Assembly (NCBI GenBank): GCA_017882165.1
Contig: JADGPZ010000002.1
Coordinates: 14,142-78,141, forward strand
Source: Candidatus Kapaibacterium sp.
Lineage (GTDB): Bacteria; Bacteroidota; Ignavibacteria; Palsa-1295
DNA length: 64,000 nt
Direction of reading: 5' to 3'
The notes under the pieces are model-generated. The model ran no database searches and was not told where the DNA came from. It saw only the letters and a program-made list of their open reading frames with translations. Positions 49,023 to 58,133 of the stretch are shown here, in pieces. Each line of letters begins with the position of its first letter. Position 1 is the first letter of the stretch. The translations under genes and the position numbers were made by a program.

Positions 49023-50465
49023 TTACCCCAAGAAGTGGACCTTCACCATGTTCGTGTGGCTGACCTGAAAAGTCGGGTGACCACCGGTCAGCACGACCCA
49101 TCCTGAACCGTCGATGAGTTCCTTGGCTTGCGCATCTCGGACCATGCGTTCGAGCGTCTCGTCGAAGGTCTTAACCTCTTCGAGCTTGAGCGGAATGACA
49201 CCGTGATAGAATGCCATGCGGCGCAATACGGTGTCATCGGTGGACATGCCGATCACCATCTTCGAGAACCGGTACTTGGCAACAGATCGCGCGCTACGTC
49301 CCGAGAGCGTGGCGCAAATGATTGCCTGAGCGTGTACCTCCTCTGCGAGGACACACGCGGCGCGGGCGACGGAATCGGTTGCATACTCGACTTCGTCCTG
49401 TGGGAGCACGAATTCGCGGTCAACTCGCACATACCCGCTCCGCTCGGCGGCTAAGATGATTTCTCGCATCGTTGCGACCGACTCGACCGGATAGGCTCCC
49501 GCGCCCGTTTCGGCTGAAAGCATGACGCAGTCCGAGCCATCGAATACGGCGTTTGCCACATCGCTCGCCTCGGCGCGGGTGGGACGCGAGTGGACGATCA
49601 TGGATTCCAACATCTGCGTCGCCGTGATCACGGGAATTCCACGCGCATTGGCGAGATCGACCAAGCGCTTCTGTATCGGCGGCACGCGTTCGAGCGGCAT
49701 TTCGACACCGAGATCGCCGCGCGCGACCATAATCATATCCGTCTCGTTGAGAATATCCTTGATGTTCTCGACGGCCTCCGGTTTCTCGATTTTGGCGATC
49801 AGCGGTGTCCAAGTGTCGTTGAACTCTGTCTTCAGGAATTGCCGCAGTTCCCTGATGTCTTCGGCTTTTCGGACAAAGCTGAGTGCCAGCGCATCCACGC
49901 CGATCTTCTGAATGGCAAAACGAACGATCTCCTTGTCATGGTCCGTGAACGTCGGGATGCGGAGTACGGTCGCGGGAAAGTTAATTCCCTTGTGGCTTTT
50001 GAGGGTCCCGCCGGTCTTGACCGTGCAGACGATCTCGGTCGCGGAGATTACGGACTTCACCACCAGTTCGATCGCGCCATCATCGAGCAGGACCGAATGG
50101 CCGGTCTTGATATCAACCCCCAGATATTGATAGGACGTCGTGATCCGCTCGGTGGTCGTGGGGACTTCGGGATCATACGCGAGCCGGACATCGGTGCCGA
50201 CCATAAGCAAGACGCCATTTGGATCGGCTACATCTCCGGTGCGCATTTTGGGACCAGGCAGATCGGCAAGGATCGCAATATGCCGGCCGAGCCGCTGGCT
50301 CACGGCGCGGACCTTCGTGGCGATGTCGAGGTGGGTTTCGAACGTGCCGTGAGAGAAGTTCAGCCGGGCGATGTCCATTCCGGCCAGCACCAGCTTTTCG
50401 ATGATCTCTTCGGTCGCGCTCGAAGGACCTAACGTCGCGACAATTTTCGTCTTGGCCTGAAGCAT
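49023..50465 (-). CDS. pyk: Pyruvate kinase
   Basis: KIVATLGPSS N-terminus and conserved MVARGDLGVE and ATQMLESM motifs. Length is 480 aa. Confidence 0.9.
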   Translation of the reverse strand: MLQAKTKIVATLGPSSATEEIIEKLVLAGMDIARLNFSHGTFETHLDIATKVRAVSQRLGRHIAILADLPGPKMRTGDVADPNGVLLMVGTDVRLAYDPEVPTTTERITTSYQYLGVDIKTGHSVLLDDGAIELVVKSVISATEIVCTVKTGGTLKSHKGINFPATVLRIPTFTDHDKEIVRFAIQKIGVDALALSFVRKAEDIRELRQFLKTEFNDTWTPLIAKIEKPEAVENIKDILNETDMIMVARGDLGVEMPLERVPPIQKRLVDLANARGIPVITATQMLESMIVHSRPTRAEASDVANAVFDGSDCVMLSAETGAGAYPVESVATMREIILAAERSGYVRVDREFVLPQDEVEYATDSVARAACVLAEEVHAQAIICATLSGRSARSVAKYRFSKMVIGMSTDDTVLRRMAFYHGVIPLKLEEVKTFDETLERMVRDAQAKELIDGSGWVVLTGGHPTFQVSHTNMVKVHFLG

Positions 50466-50468
50466 GAG

Positions 50469-50545
50469 GAAGTGCTAAAGTGCTGAAGTGCTAAGATGCT
50501 CGTCTCGCGCTGAACTCAGCACACGAGCACTTTAGCACTTCGGCA
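50469..50545. repeat. Palindromic repeat element, same family as 45849-45943 (GAAGTGCTAAAGTGCT ... AGCACTTTAGCACTTC), between tRNA-Val and pyk
   Basis: 16-bp perfect inverted repeat with a ~40-nt loop. It begins 4 nt upstream of the pyk start codon on the minus strand. Confidence 0.55.
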
Positions 50546-50555
50546 CCTATAAAAG

Positions 50556-50629
50556 TGGGCAATACGGGATTCGAACCTGTGACCTCTTCCATGTCAAGGA
50601 AGCGCGCTAACCAACTGCGCCAATTGCCC
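50556..50629 (-). tRNA. tRNA-Val (anticodon GAC)
   Basis: Cloverleaf folded by hand: acceptor GGGCAAT/ATTGCCC, D-arm GCGC-AGTTGGTTA-GCGC, anticodon arm CTTCC-TTGACAT-GGAAG, T-loop TTCGAAT. There is one A.C mismatch in the T-stem. CCA is not encoded. Confidence 0.8.
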
Positions 50630-50718
50630 ATCGGTTGAAGTAAGGAACGCCTAACCGGAAACGAGTCCGGGGCCGTTCCCAAAGCATGGCACGCCGCGGC
50701 GGGCGGGCGGATACTTCC

Positions 50719-51024
50719 TCAAGAGAACCGGCGGAGTGTCATGACGGCTTGCCGTGCCTCGGCGAAATCAGTCGCGATACGGCTGATCAGCCGACTCGTT
50801 TCGTCGTCCAGGCTGTCTTCGAGCGCATCATAGGCGGGCGTCGAGTCGCATTCGTAGAGTTCGACGAATGTTCCTGGCGTATCTTCCGACTGGTAAACCG
50901 AAAAGCGGACGGCCTGCTGAGTGCTATTGATGCGGTTCTCAAGGTCCCGAATGATGCCCTCGAATTCCCTTCGCTTGGCCCCGGGCACCGAATACGTGAT
51001 AGTGACGAGTGTGTTCGCTGCCAT
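50719..51024 (-). CDS. Small ABM-domain-like protein (antibiotic-biosynthesis-monooxygenase / stress-responsive alpha-beta-barrel fold)
   Basis: VTITYSVPGAKRREFEGIIRDLE...AVRFSVYQSEDTPGTFVELYECDSTPAYDAL follows the ABM pattern (beta-alpha-beta, ...F...E.W.S..A...H-like). The start is assigned to MAANTLV. Confidence 0.4.
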   Translation of the reverse strand: MAANTLVTITYSVPGAKRREFEGIIRDLENRINSTQQAVRFSVYQSEDTPGTFVELYECDSTPAYDALEDSLDDETSRLISRIATDFAEARQAVMTLRRFS

Positions 51025-51137
51025 TCTTCCGATGTTATCGCTATTAGTGAGATTGCAATTCTGAACTGCAAAGTTACGGCACTTTGGAGAGCTTTCCAAG
51101 AAATCGGGCTGAATTTCCTCTATTTTCGTAGTACCTT

Positions 51138-53444
51138 ATGCAAACACCACTCTTTTCCCGGCTTTGGCCGAATGCTGTTCTTATAGGCGCGGTCTCGATC
51201 ATCGAGATTGCCTTTTCCAGTCCGCTCTTTGCCACGTTGGGGTTTGAGTACTCCGCGCTCATGGCCTTGTCGCTCAGTTTCGTGTGCGGGATGGAAGCCA
51301 GCTTGAACAAGCTCGCGTGGCGCAGCAGGCTTGGCCGCGTGCTTACACTTTGGTCGATTCCGCTGTTGGTCTCGCTCCTCTCACTCCTGTGGCTTCGGAA
51401 CTGCGCACTGTGGGATGGGATCATACTATACTTTGAGATTGCACTTCCGAGCGCGCTCCTTGGTGGCGCGTTCGGCGCGGCCTTCTCGATGTTCTTCCGC
51501 TCACGTCGGACAAGCTTCCTGGTGTTCGTGGCATTCTGGATTGTTACTCTCGTCCTTTCACTACTGCCCGGTTACACGAATCCCCAGCTTTTCACCTATG
51601 GCTGGCAGTATGGCTTCTTTCCCGGCCTCGTCTGGGATGAAGCGCTCGAGTTATCGAACGCCTATCTGCTATTCCGCGCCGAGAACCTCGTCTGGGCGGC
51701 GTTCGTGATCTCGATTCCGATTGCGATCGGATCGACAGGCTCGCTTCTCAAACGTGTCGGCATCCCCACCGCGCTTGCCGTTGCTGCATTCTGGATACTG
51801 TCTCAAAATGACCTCTTCCAAATTACTTCGTCGCACGCTCGCGTCGAGCATTCGCTTAGCCATGTGTCGCGACCCGCCCAAGGTTGCGTGGTCCACTACG
51901 ATTCCGCATCATTGACCGCGGAGGAGATCGAGCAGGTCAATGCCGATATTCGCTGGTATCTCTACGACGTTCGCCAACGGTTTTTGCTGCGCGATACGAG
52001 CAGTCCGATCAACATCTACATCTATCCTTCGACGGAGACACTCAACGAGTTGGTCGGCACGCGCGCTGCCTCGATTGCGAAACCCTGGCTCGGCGAGCTT
52101 CATATCGCGAAGGGCAATCTGCATTCTCTGAAGCACGAGTTGACGCATATCTTGCTGCGGGAGAAGGCTGCGTGGCCGTTCTATGCGAGCTGGTCTACCG
52201 GACTTACGGAAGGTGCCGCGATGTCTGTCGAGCCAGAGTTCGATGGGATATATTCGCTCGATGAGCACGCAGCTCGGATTCTGCAATTGCATTACGCTTC
52301 CGGAGTAAAGCCGGTGATGGCATTCACCGGGTTCGCTGCGAATGCTTCGACGAAGAGTTACGTGCTGGCGGGATCGTTCTCGCGATATTTGTTGAACACC
52401 TATGGCCCGGAACACTTCGATCGAGTGTATGTGACACTGAATTTCGAAAAGGAATACGGGAAGCCGATTGATTCGCTCGACGCCGAATGGAAGCGGTGGC
52501 TGGCACCACTCATGACGCCACTGGAAGCGGACGATTCCGAGCACTTTCGATATTACTATGACCGCGCTTCGATCATTTTTAACCCCTGCCTCCGCCGCAT
52601 CGGAAAACTGGAGCGCAAAGCGCAGGAGGCATTCGGTCGCAAAGGGTACTCGGATGCGGAGCGATTGTATCGCGACGCTGTCACCGCAGGTGGCGGGATT
52701 GGGCCACTCGTCGGCGAGTCCTACGCGATCCTGATGCAGGATAAAGATGAGCGCGCACTCGAACTTCTGGATACGTCACGGTCCCCCGAACTCCAAAAAC
52801 AACGCGCCGCGCTCTATCTCGAAAAGGCTGATCTCGGAGTGCTGACCCATGGGCAATCAGCGCAAGCGAATTATGCAAGCGCCGAGCGGGTGAAGATTAG
52901 CAGTGGACAGTTCATTCTCGCCTATGTTCGTAGCGTTCTCGACACCTCCGATGTCGCGTCGATCTTCCACACGTATCTCCACCATCTTTATCATCGTCGC
53001 ACGCTTGACGACTCGATCCGCCGCGTCCTGATCGATTCCATGGCTTCAATGCACCATCGAACCGAGCACTTCGACAGAGTGGCGCTTTCGATTCGCTTTC
53101 TCCAAACTTCGATGCTCCAGCAAATGGGAATGCTCACGAAGGCGGCAGAACTCGATCCGTTTGGGAATGTGGAGGAGGAAGCCAACGGCCACTCAGACAT
53201 CGACTTATTTCTTAAGACAGAATCTCTGACTGCGACGGATTCGCTTGCGATCTCCGCTGTCTATCTTCACTTTGCCACCTTGCCGGAGGGAGATCGGCGT
53301 GTCCTCGGCGAACTGCTTCAGGCGGAGGTGTATTGTCCCCAAAAGTACGCACGGACAGTTCGAGACATTTCTGATGAAATAGATCGGCAATGGCATTTCA
53401 GGCATGGGATTCCGCCGACACCCTACCGTGGAACGTCTCCGTGA
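51138..53444 (+). CDS. Large membrane protein: N-terminal polytopic domain + soluble region with HExxH zincin-like motif + C-terminal helical repeats
   Basis: About 8 TM helices in the first 230 aa. HELTHILLRE...E suggests a zinc metallopeptidase (MA-clan-like) domain. The C-terminus has a TPR-like helical character. Confidence 0.45.
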   Translation: MQTPLFSRLWPNAVLIGAVSIIEIAFSSPLFATLGFEYSALMALSLSFVCGMEASLNKLAWRSRLGRVLTLWSIPLLVSLLSLLWLRNCALWDGIILYFEIALPSALLGGAFGAAFSMFFRSRRTSFLVFVAFWIVTLVLSLLPGYTNPQLFTYGWQYGFFPGLVWDEALELSNAYLLFRAENLVWAAFVISIPIAIGSTGSLLKRVGIPTALAVAAFWILSQNDLFQITSSHARVEHSLSHVSRPAQGCVVHYDSASLTAEEIEQVNADIRWYLYDVRQRFLLRDTSSPINIYIYPSTETLNELVGTRAASIAKPWLGELHIAKGNLHSLKHELTHILLREKAAWPFYASWSTGLTEGAAMSVEPEFDGIYSLDEHAARILQLHYASGVKPVMAFTGFAANASTKSYVLAGSFSRYLLNTYGPEHFDRVYVTLNFEKEYGKPIDSLDAEWKRWLAPLMTPLEADDSEHFRYYYDRASIIFNPCLRRIGKLERKAQEAFGRKGYSDAERLYRDAVTAGGGIGPLVGESYAILMQDKDERALELLDTSRSPELQKQRAALYLEKADLGVLTHGQSAQANYASAERVKISSGQFILAYVRSVLDTSDVASIFHTYLHHLYHRRTLDDSIRRVLIDSMASMHHRTEHFDRVALSIRFLQTSMLQQMGMLTKAAELDPFGNVEEEANGHSDIDLFLKTESLTATDSLAISAVYLHFATLPEGDRRVLGELLQAEVYCPQKYARTVRDISDEIDRQWHFRHGIPPTPYRGTSP

Positions 53445-54018
53445 CCGAATGAAGAAACTCGGCGATCTTAGATTGCCGAATCGCGACCCGGAGTGTCACA
53501 CTTTCGAGGTACGTCGATTCCTCGATACTGCCATCGAATGCCTTGATGAGCCGCTCCATATGCGGCAGGTCCTCGTATATGACGTGGAAGATAATATCGC
53601 TGGTGAGATAGACACGTATCACATGAGCCATCGAGACGGCCTGCTGCGCAGCCTCTGCGTATGCGCGGGCCAGTCCACCCGTGCCGAGCTTCGTCCCACC
53701 GAAGTACCGCGCGACAACTAAGAGGACATTCGTTAACTTTTGGGCGGTGAGCACGAATAGAATTGGCTTTCCGGCCGTCCCGGTTGGCTCGCCGTCGTCT
53801 GCCGCTCGGACAAGCTTCGCATCCGCGCCAAGTCGATAGGCAAAACAATGGTGGCTCGCGTCGTGAAACTCCTTGCGAATGCTCGCGAGAGCGGCGTCCA
53901 CGTCCTCTTTGGAACCAACGGGCACAAGGTCCGCGATGAAGCGCGAGCCCCTCACTTTCACGTCTGGCGCACGCAACGGTGCGGCGATGGTATAATAAAA
54001 ATCCTCCTCGTTCGTCAT
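53398..54018 (-). CDS. yigZ: IMPACT/YigZ family protein (UPF0029)
   Basis: N-terminal domain pattern KVRGSRFIADLVPV...HHCFAYRLG...DDGEPTGTAGKPIL...VVARYFGGTKLGTGGL is highly characteristic. Confidence 0.75.
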   Translation of the reverse strand: MTNEEDFYYTIAAPLRAPDVKVRGSRFIADLVPVGSKEDVDAALASIRKEFHDASHHCFAYRLGADAKLVRAADDGEPTGTAGKPILFVLTAQKLTNVLLVVARYFGGTKLGTGGLARAYAEAAQQAVSMAHVIRVYLTSDIIFHVIYEDLPHMERLIKAFDGSIEESTYLESVTLRVAIRQSKIAEFLHSVTETFHGRVSAESHA

Positions 54019-54083
54019 TCTCTGAGCCGCGTAACAGCGCGGAGCGGGACGAAGTGCGGTATCTCTCTGTTTTGAAACCCTCT

Positions 54084-55253
54084 ATGAATATCGGTATCAC
54101 TTGTTATCCTACCTACGGCGGCTCGGGCGTCGTTGCGACCGAGCTTGGAAAATCGCTTGCCAGCCGCGGTCATCGGGTCCACTTTATCACCTATGCGCTG
54201 CCGATGCGGCTGACCGGCATCGGCCATACCGAGTCGGAATACATCGACAACATCTTCTACCATGAAGTTGAAATGTCCACCTATCCGCTCTTCGAGTTTC
54301 CACTCTACTCGATGGCGCTGACGAGCAAGATGGTGGAAGTTGCCCGGTTCGAAAAGCTCGATCTGATCCACGCGCACTACGCAATCCCTCACGCGACCAG
54401 TGCTGTTCTCGCGAAGCAGATACTGCACGGGGATGGCCGATCATTGACCAGTGACATCAAGATCGTTACGACCCTGCATGGCACCGACATCACCTTGGTT
54501 GGACTCGAGCCGAGCTTTGAACCGCTCATGAAGTTCTCGATCGAGTCGTCCGATGTTGTAACCGCCGTCTCGCGGTATCTGCGTGACGAAACGATTGGAA
54601 ATTACGGCGTCAGCAAGGAAATCGACGTAATCCCGAATTTCATCGATACGGAGGTCTTCCGTCCCGTCGATGCTAAGAACCTGCGCCGCCTACTCGCTCC
54701 GAACGGCGAAAAGCTGCTCATCCATATCTCGAACTTCCGCGAGGTCAAGCGTGTCAAGGACGCGATTCGAGCACTCAAGATCATTCTCGACGCCGGTGTC
54801 AAGGCGAAGTTCCTCCTTGTCGGCGATGGACCGGATCGCGGCGAGTGCCAGGCTCTTGCTCGCGATCTCGGGATCTGGCAACAGACCCGATTTCTCGGCA
54901 AGCAAAGTGAGCTTGCCTCGATCCTCTCGGCGAGTGACGTGTTCCTCATCCCGTCCGGCAACGAGAGCTTCGGTCTCTCGGCATTAGAAGCCATGGCCTG
55001 TGGTGTGCCGGTCGTTTCGAGCGATGTCGGCGGCTTGCCTGAACTCAATGTGGACGGTGAAACCGGCTTCGTGGTGAAGGTTGGCGATGTCGAAGCCCTT
55101 GCCGAAAGAACGCTCCAAATTCTGCGCGAGCCGAAACTCCATGCAAAGCTCTCTCGCGGCGCACTCCGTCACGCGACCACCGAGTTCACGAAGGAGCGAA
55201 TCGTCCCGATGTATGAAGCCGCCTACGAGCGAGCACTCTCTAGAGCCCGTTAG
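54084..55253 (+). CDS. bshA: GT4 glycosyltransferase, BshA-like (N-acetyl-alpha-D-glucosaminyl L-malate synthase, bacillithiol pathway)
   Basis: The N-terminus MNIGITCYPTYGGSGVVATELGKSLASRGHRVHFIT...ALTSKMVEVARFEKLDLIHAHYAIPHA is close to B. subtilis BshA (KIGITCYPSVGGSGVV...HVHYAIPHA). GT4 C-terminal EX7E region is present. Confidence 0.75.
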   Translation: MNIGITCYPTYGGSGVVATELGKSLASRGHRVHFITYALPMRLTGIGHTESEYIDNIFYHEVEMSTYPLFEFPLYSMALTSKMVEVARFEKLDLIHAHYAIPHATSAVLAKQILHGDGRSLTSDIKIVTTLHGTDITLVGLEPSFEPLMKFSIESSDVVTAVSRYLRDETIGNYGVSKEIDVIPNFIDTEVFRPVDAKNLRRLLAPNGEKLLIHISNFREVKRVKDAIRALKIILDAGVKAKFLLVGDGPDRGECQALARDLGIWQQTRFLGKQSELASILSASDVFLIPSGNESFGLSALEAMACGVPVVSSDVGGLPELNVDGETGFVVKVGDVEALAERTLQILREPKLHAKLSRGALRHATTEFTKERIVPMYEAAYERALSRAR

Positions 55254-55326
55254 CCGTCTAATATCGCGGATAAGGGCTTCCGTAGGACAGCTTGCCCATT
55301 CTTTTTCTGCTATTTTCGGAAATCGC

Positions 55327-55355
55327 TTGACTTTTGGCCTGAGATTGTGTATAAT
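55327..55355 (+). promoter_or_regulatory. Near-consensus sigma70-type promoter (TTGACT - 17 bp - TATAAT) upstream of the hypothetical gene at 55407
   Basis: cTTGACTtttggcctgagattgtgTATAATaagg with exactly 17-bp spacing. It lies about 50 bp upstream of the ATG. Confidence 0.5.
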
Positions 55356-55406
55356 AAGGGTTGATTCATGTGAGGTTGAATAGCGTGAGGGAGAGGAAGA
55401 TAGGCA

Positions 55407-56345
55407 ATGGAAACCGCGACACATGCCGCAGATGGGAGAGTAATCGTTGGTAGCATTCATGCTGCCTCGGGCGGAGCGTTGTTCGATCCCGACATTGTCG
55501 TGCGCGCTCCGCGTGTAATCACCACACGACCGCACGTCGCGATTAGCGATCAGGAACTGCGCGCGCGCGTGCAGTGGGACCACCGGACGAGCCCGCACTT
55601 TGCCCTCACCTTCGACCGAGTCGCCTTCGAGGAACGACAGTCCCAATCGCTTCTCGGTACGCTTGAGGCTGCGTATAATCAGATTTTCCATTTCACACAC
55701 GAGTCGTTCGCCGATCGTTTCCATGTCTACGCGATCGATCATCATGCGGCATCGCTGCTCGGATGCAGTGTGCAGCCGCACTTCAATCTGGAGGAACAGG
55801 CGATCTATCTGGTCGAGACCAGTCGTCATCGGGCGGAGAGCGATATCGTCCGGCAAGTTACTCATGCGATGCGGACCGCACGGGTTGCGCGACACTATCA
55901 GCAGACTCCGGGCTGGGCTGCGCTCGAGGAAGGGTTTGGCATTTTCCTCAGCGAGCGCCTGGCGATCACCGAGGAAGCGTTTCCCCTCTATGGTGCCCAG
56001 CCGGAGGTGATCGCCCACCACCTCACGCAGTCCCAAGGCATGGCGCTTGGCGAGCATTGGCCCAGCCCTGCGACGAACCTACAGGCGGATCAACTCGCGC
56101 TCCTCGGAGCCTTCTTTCTCTACCTCGGTGACACATTCAGCGACGACCGTGTTGTTGCATTCTCGAAAAGCGAAGACGCAATCACGCCGGAGACATTCCA
56201 GGCGTGCTTCGGCGAAAGTCTGGATGAATTGGAATACGGATGGATCCAACGTTTGCCAGTCTCGCTCATGGCGCTGACGCAATCCGAGAAAGACGCAATG
56301 GTCCTGAAATGGGAGCAAGCGATCGAAGGGCACCGTCACTCATAA
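55407..56345 (+). CDS. Hypothetical protein (312 aa), first gene of an apparent hyp-hemC-hemD operon
   Basis: It has a consensus promoter and an RBS (GGGAGAGGAAG) upstream. The competing antisense ORF 54984-56057 overlaps the bshA 3' end and was rejected. No motif is recognised. Confidence 0.4.
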   Translation: METATHAADGRVIVGSIHAASGGALFDPDIVVRAPRVITTRPHVAISDQELRARVQWDHRTSPHFALTFDRVAFEERQSQSLLGTLEAAYNQIFHFTHESFADRFHVYAIDHHAASLLGCSVQPHFNLEEQAIYLVETSRHRAESDIVRQVTHAMRTARVARHYQQTPGWAALEEGFGIFLSERLAITEEAFPLYGAQPEVIAHHLTQSQGMALGEHWPSPATNLQADQLALLGAFFLYLGDTFSDDRVVAFSKSEDAITPETFQACFGESLDELEYGWIQRLPVSLMALTQSEKDAMVLKWEQAIEGHRHS

Positions 56346-56360
56346 TACACTACGAATCCA

Positions 56361-57317
56361 TTGATCATCGGCTCTCGAGGCAGCGATCTTGCGCTGTGGC
56401 AGGCGAACCATGTTCGCGATTGGCTTCTTTCCCTCCATCCGGGTTTCCATGTTGACATCGAGATCATCCACACCATGGGTGACAAGATCCTCGACTCCCC
56501 GCTCGCGCAGATCGGCGGCAAGGGGGTCTTCACCAAGGAGATCGAGACCGCGCTGCTCGATCGCAGCATTGACGTTGCCGTCCATAGTCTGAAGGACTTA
56601 CCGACGGAGAACCCGCAGGATCTCACGATCGCAGCCATTCCAGAGCGCGCGCCTGTCGAGGATGCATTCCTCGCCAAAGACATCAGCTTGCGACTTATGG
56701 ACCTGCCGGATGGAGCACGCATCGCCACCGGAAGTCTTCGCCGCAAAGCGCAACTGCTTTCGAAGCGGCCCGATCTTCAGATCGTTGACATTCGTGGCAA
56801 CGTCCCGACCCGCATCCGGAAGCTTCTCGATTCCGACTGGGATGGCATGGTGCTCGCAAGTGCCGGCCTCTATCGGCTCGGACTCACGGAGCATGTCGCG
56901 CACACGATCTCGCTCGAATGGGTCCTGCCAGCCGTCGGGCAAGGCGCGCTTGGCATTCAGTGTCGCACCGACGATGCTGCCACGATAAGCCTTCTCGCAC
57001 CACTCGATCATGCCGCGACGCGTGCCGCCGTGACGGCCGAACGCGCGCTGCTCGCTGAGATGGGCGGCGGATGCCAAGTGCCGATCGGAGCATACGGCAG
57101 GCTTGTCGGCGAAGTGTTGGACCTCACGGCCTGTGTCGCCTCGCTGACTGGCGAGTCGATCATCCGGGCTTCACACACCGGCCTCGCTACGGACGCGGAG
57201 CGAATCGGCACCGAGCTTGCCCGAACGCTGCTCGAACAAGGCGGGCGCGAGATTCTCGATGTCGTGTTTCGGATGGAGTCCGGCGAAACGCGCGTCAGTC
57301 CGCGTCCCCAAGCGTAG
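56361..57317 (+). CDS. hemC: Hydroxymethylbilane synthase (porphobilinogen deaminase)
   Basis: IGSRGSDLALWQA N-terminus, GGKGVFTKEIE, and the HemC C-terminal domain. Confidence 0.9.
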   Translation: MIIGSRGSDLALWQANHVRDWLLSLHPGFHVDIEIIHTMGDKILDSPLAQIGGKGVFTKEIETALLDRSIDVAVHSLKDLPTENPQDLTIAAIPERAPVEDAFLAKDISLRLMDLPDGARIATGSLRRKAQLLSKRPDLQIVDIRGNVPTRIRKLLDSDWDGMVLASAGLYRLGLTEHVAHTISLEWVLPAVGQGALGIQCRTDDAATISLLAPLDHAATRAAVTAERALLAEMGGGCQVPIGAYGRLVGEVLDLTACVASLTGESIIRASHTGLATDAERIGTELARTLLEQGGREILDVVFRMESGETRVSPRPQA

Positions 57318-57320
57318 TCC

Positions 57321-58112
57321 ATGCCGAGCGTTCTTCTGACGCGGCCGCTATTGCAATCCTCGGGGGAGGATACGCTGCATGTAGTCCTTACGCAATCAGG
57401 GATTACCGTTCTCGAACTTCCGATGCTGAACTTCGAGCTGCCGCCTGAGACGGAAGAACTGGATGCCGCGCTCCATCGCGCATCGCGTGGCGAGTTCCAC
57501 GCGATCGTCCTGTCGAGTCCCACCGCAGTTCACTTTTTCAAAGAACGCGCTCGCGATCTGGGTCTGCTCGATGCACTCCAGATCACGGCCCGGTTCGGTG
57601 CCGTCGGCCGCGCGACTGCCGATGCACTGGAAGCCCTCGGTTGTGACATCACACTGCCAATACCGATTCATGCCGGCAGCCACCACCTTGTGGCGATGCT
57701 CGCACAGCATGACCTTGCCGGTAAGCCGATCCTGCTTCTCCAATCTCAACTTGGCCTCGAAATCCTGGAGCACTCGCTCCACGAACTTGGAGCCGAGCCG
57801 CACCGTGTAACGCTCTATCATACCAACGGTCCATCGCTGCATGACACAGCGCGGCTTCTAAATCTTCTGGAAGGACCGTCTCGACCTGATGTGATTGCCT
57901 TCTTTTCGCCATCTGCTGTTTCTTATTTCATTCGCGCGCTTGCGGAAATGGGAGCCGGTCATCTGCACAATCTACCAGCCCTGGCAACCATTGGTGAGAC
58001 CACGGCCAAAGCTGTGGAAGAATCGCTCCGCCGACGCCCCGAGATCGTGGCGCGAAAGGCAGATCAGCGAAGCCTGGCGGAGGATATTCTCAGATTTCTG
58101 CAACTCTCATGA
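57321..58112 (+). CDS. hemD: Uroporphyrinogen-III synthase
   Basis: Position directly after hemC and the HemD/HEM4-like two-domain pattern (VLLTRP..., SSPTAV..F). Confidence 0.7.
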   Translation: MPSVLLTRPLLQSSGEDTLHVVLTQSGITVLELPMLNFELPPETEELDAALHRASRGEFHAIVLSSPTAVHFFKERARDLGLLDALQITARFGAVGRATADALEALGCDITLPIPIHAGSHHLVAMLAQHDLAGKPILLLQSQLGLEILEHSLHELGAEPHRVTLYHTNGPSLHDTARLLNLLEGPSRPDVIAFFSPSAVSYFIRALAEMGAGHLHNLPALATIGETTAKAVEESLRRRPEIVARKADQRSLAEDILRFLQLS

Positions 58113-58133
58113 GTATACGCCAACGGCTTGTCC

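Noticed and set aside
49590-50432. 280-aa ORF on the + strand
   Set aside because: Antisense to pyruvate kinase.
54984-56057. 357-aa ORF on the - strand
   Set aside because: It overlaps the 3' end of the BshA-like gene and is antisense to a + strand ORF that has a consensus promoter and RBS and is in operonic spacing with hemC. This is a judgement call, which is why the + ORF is given only 0.4.
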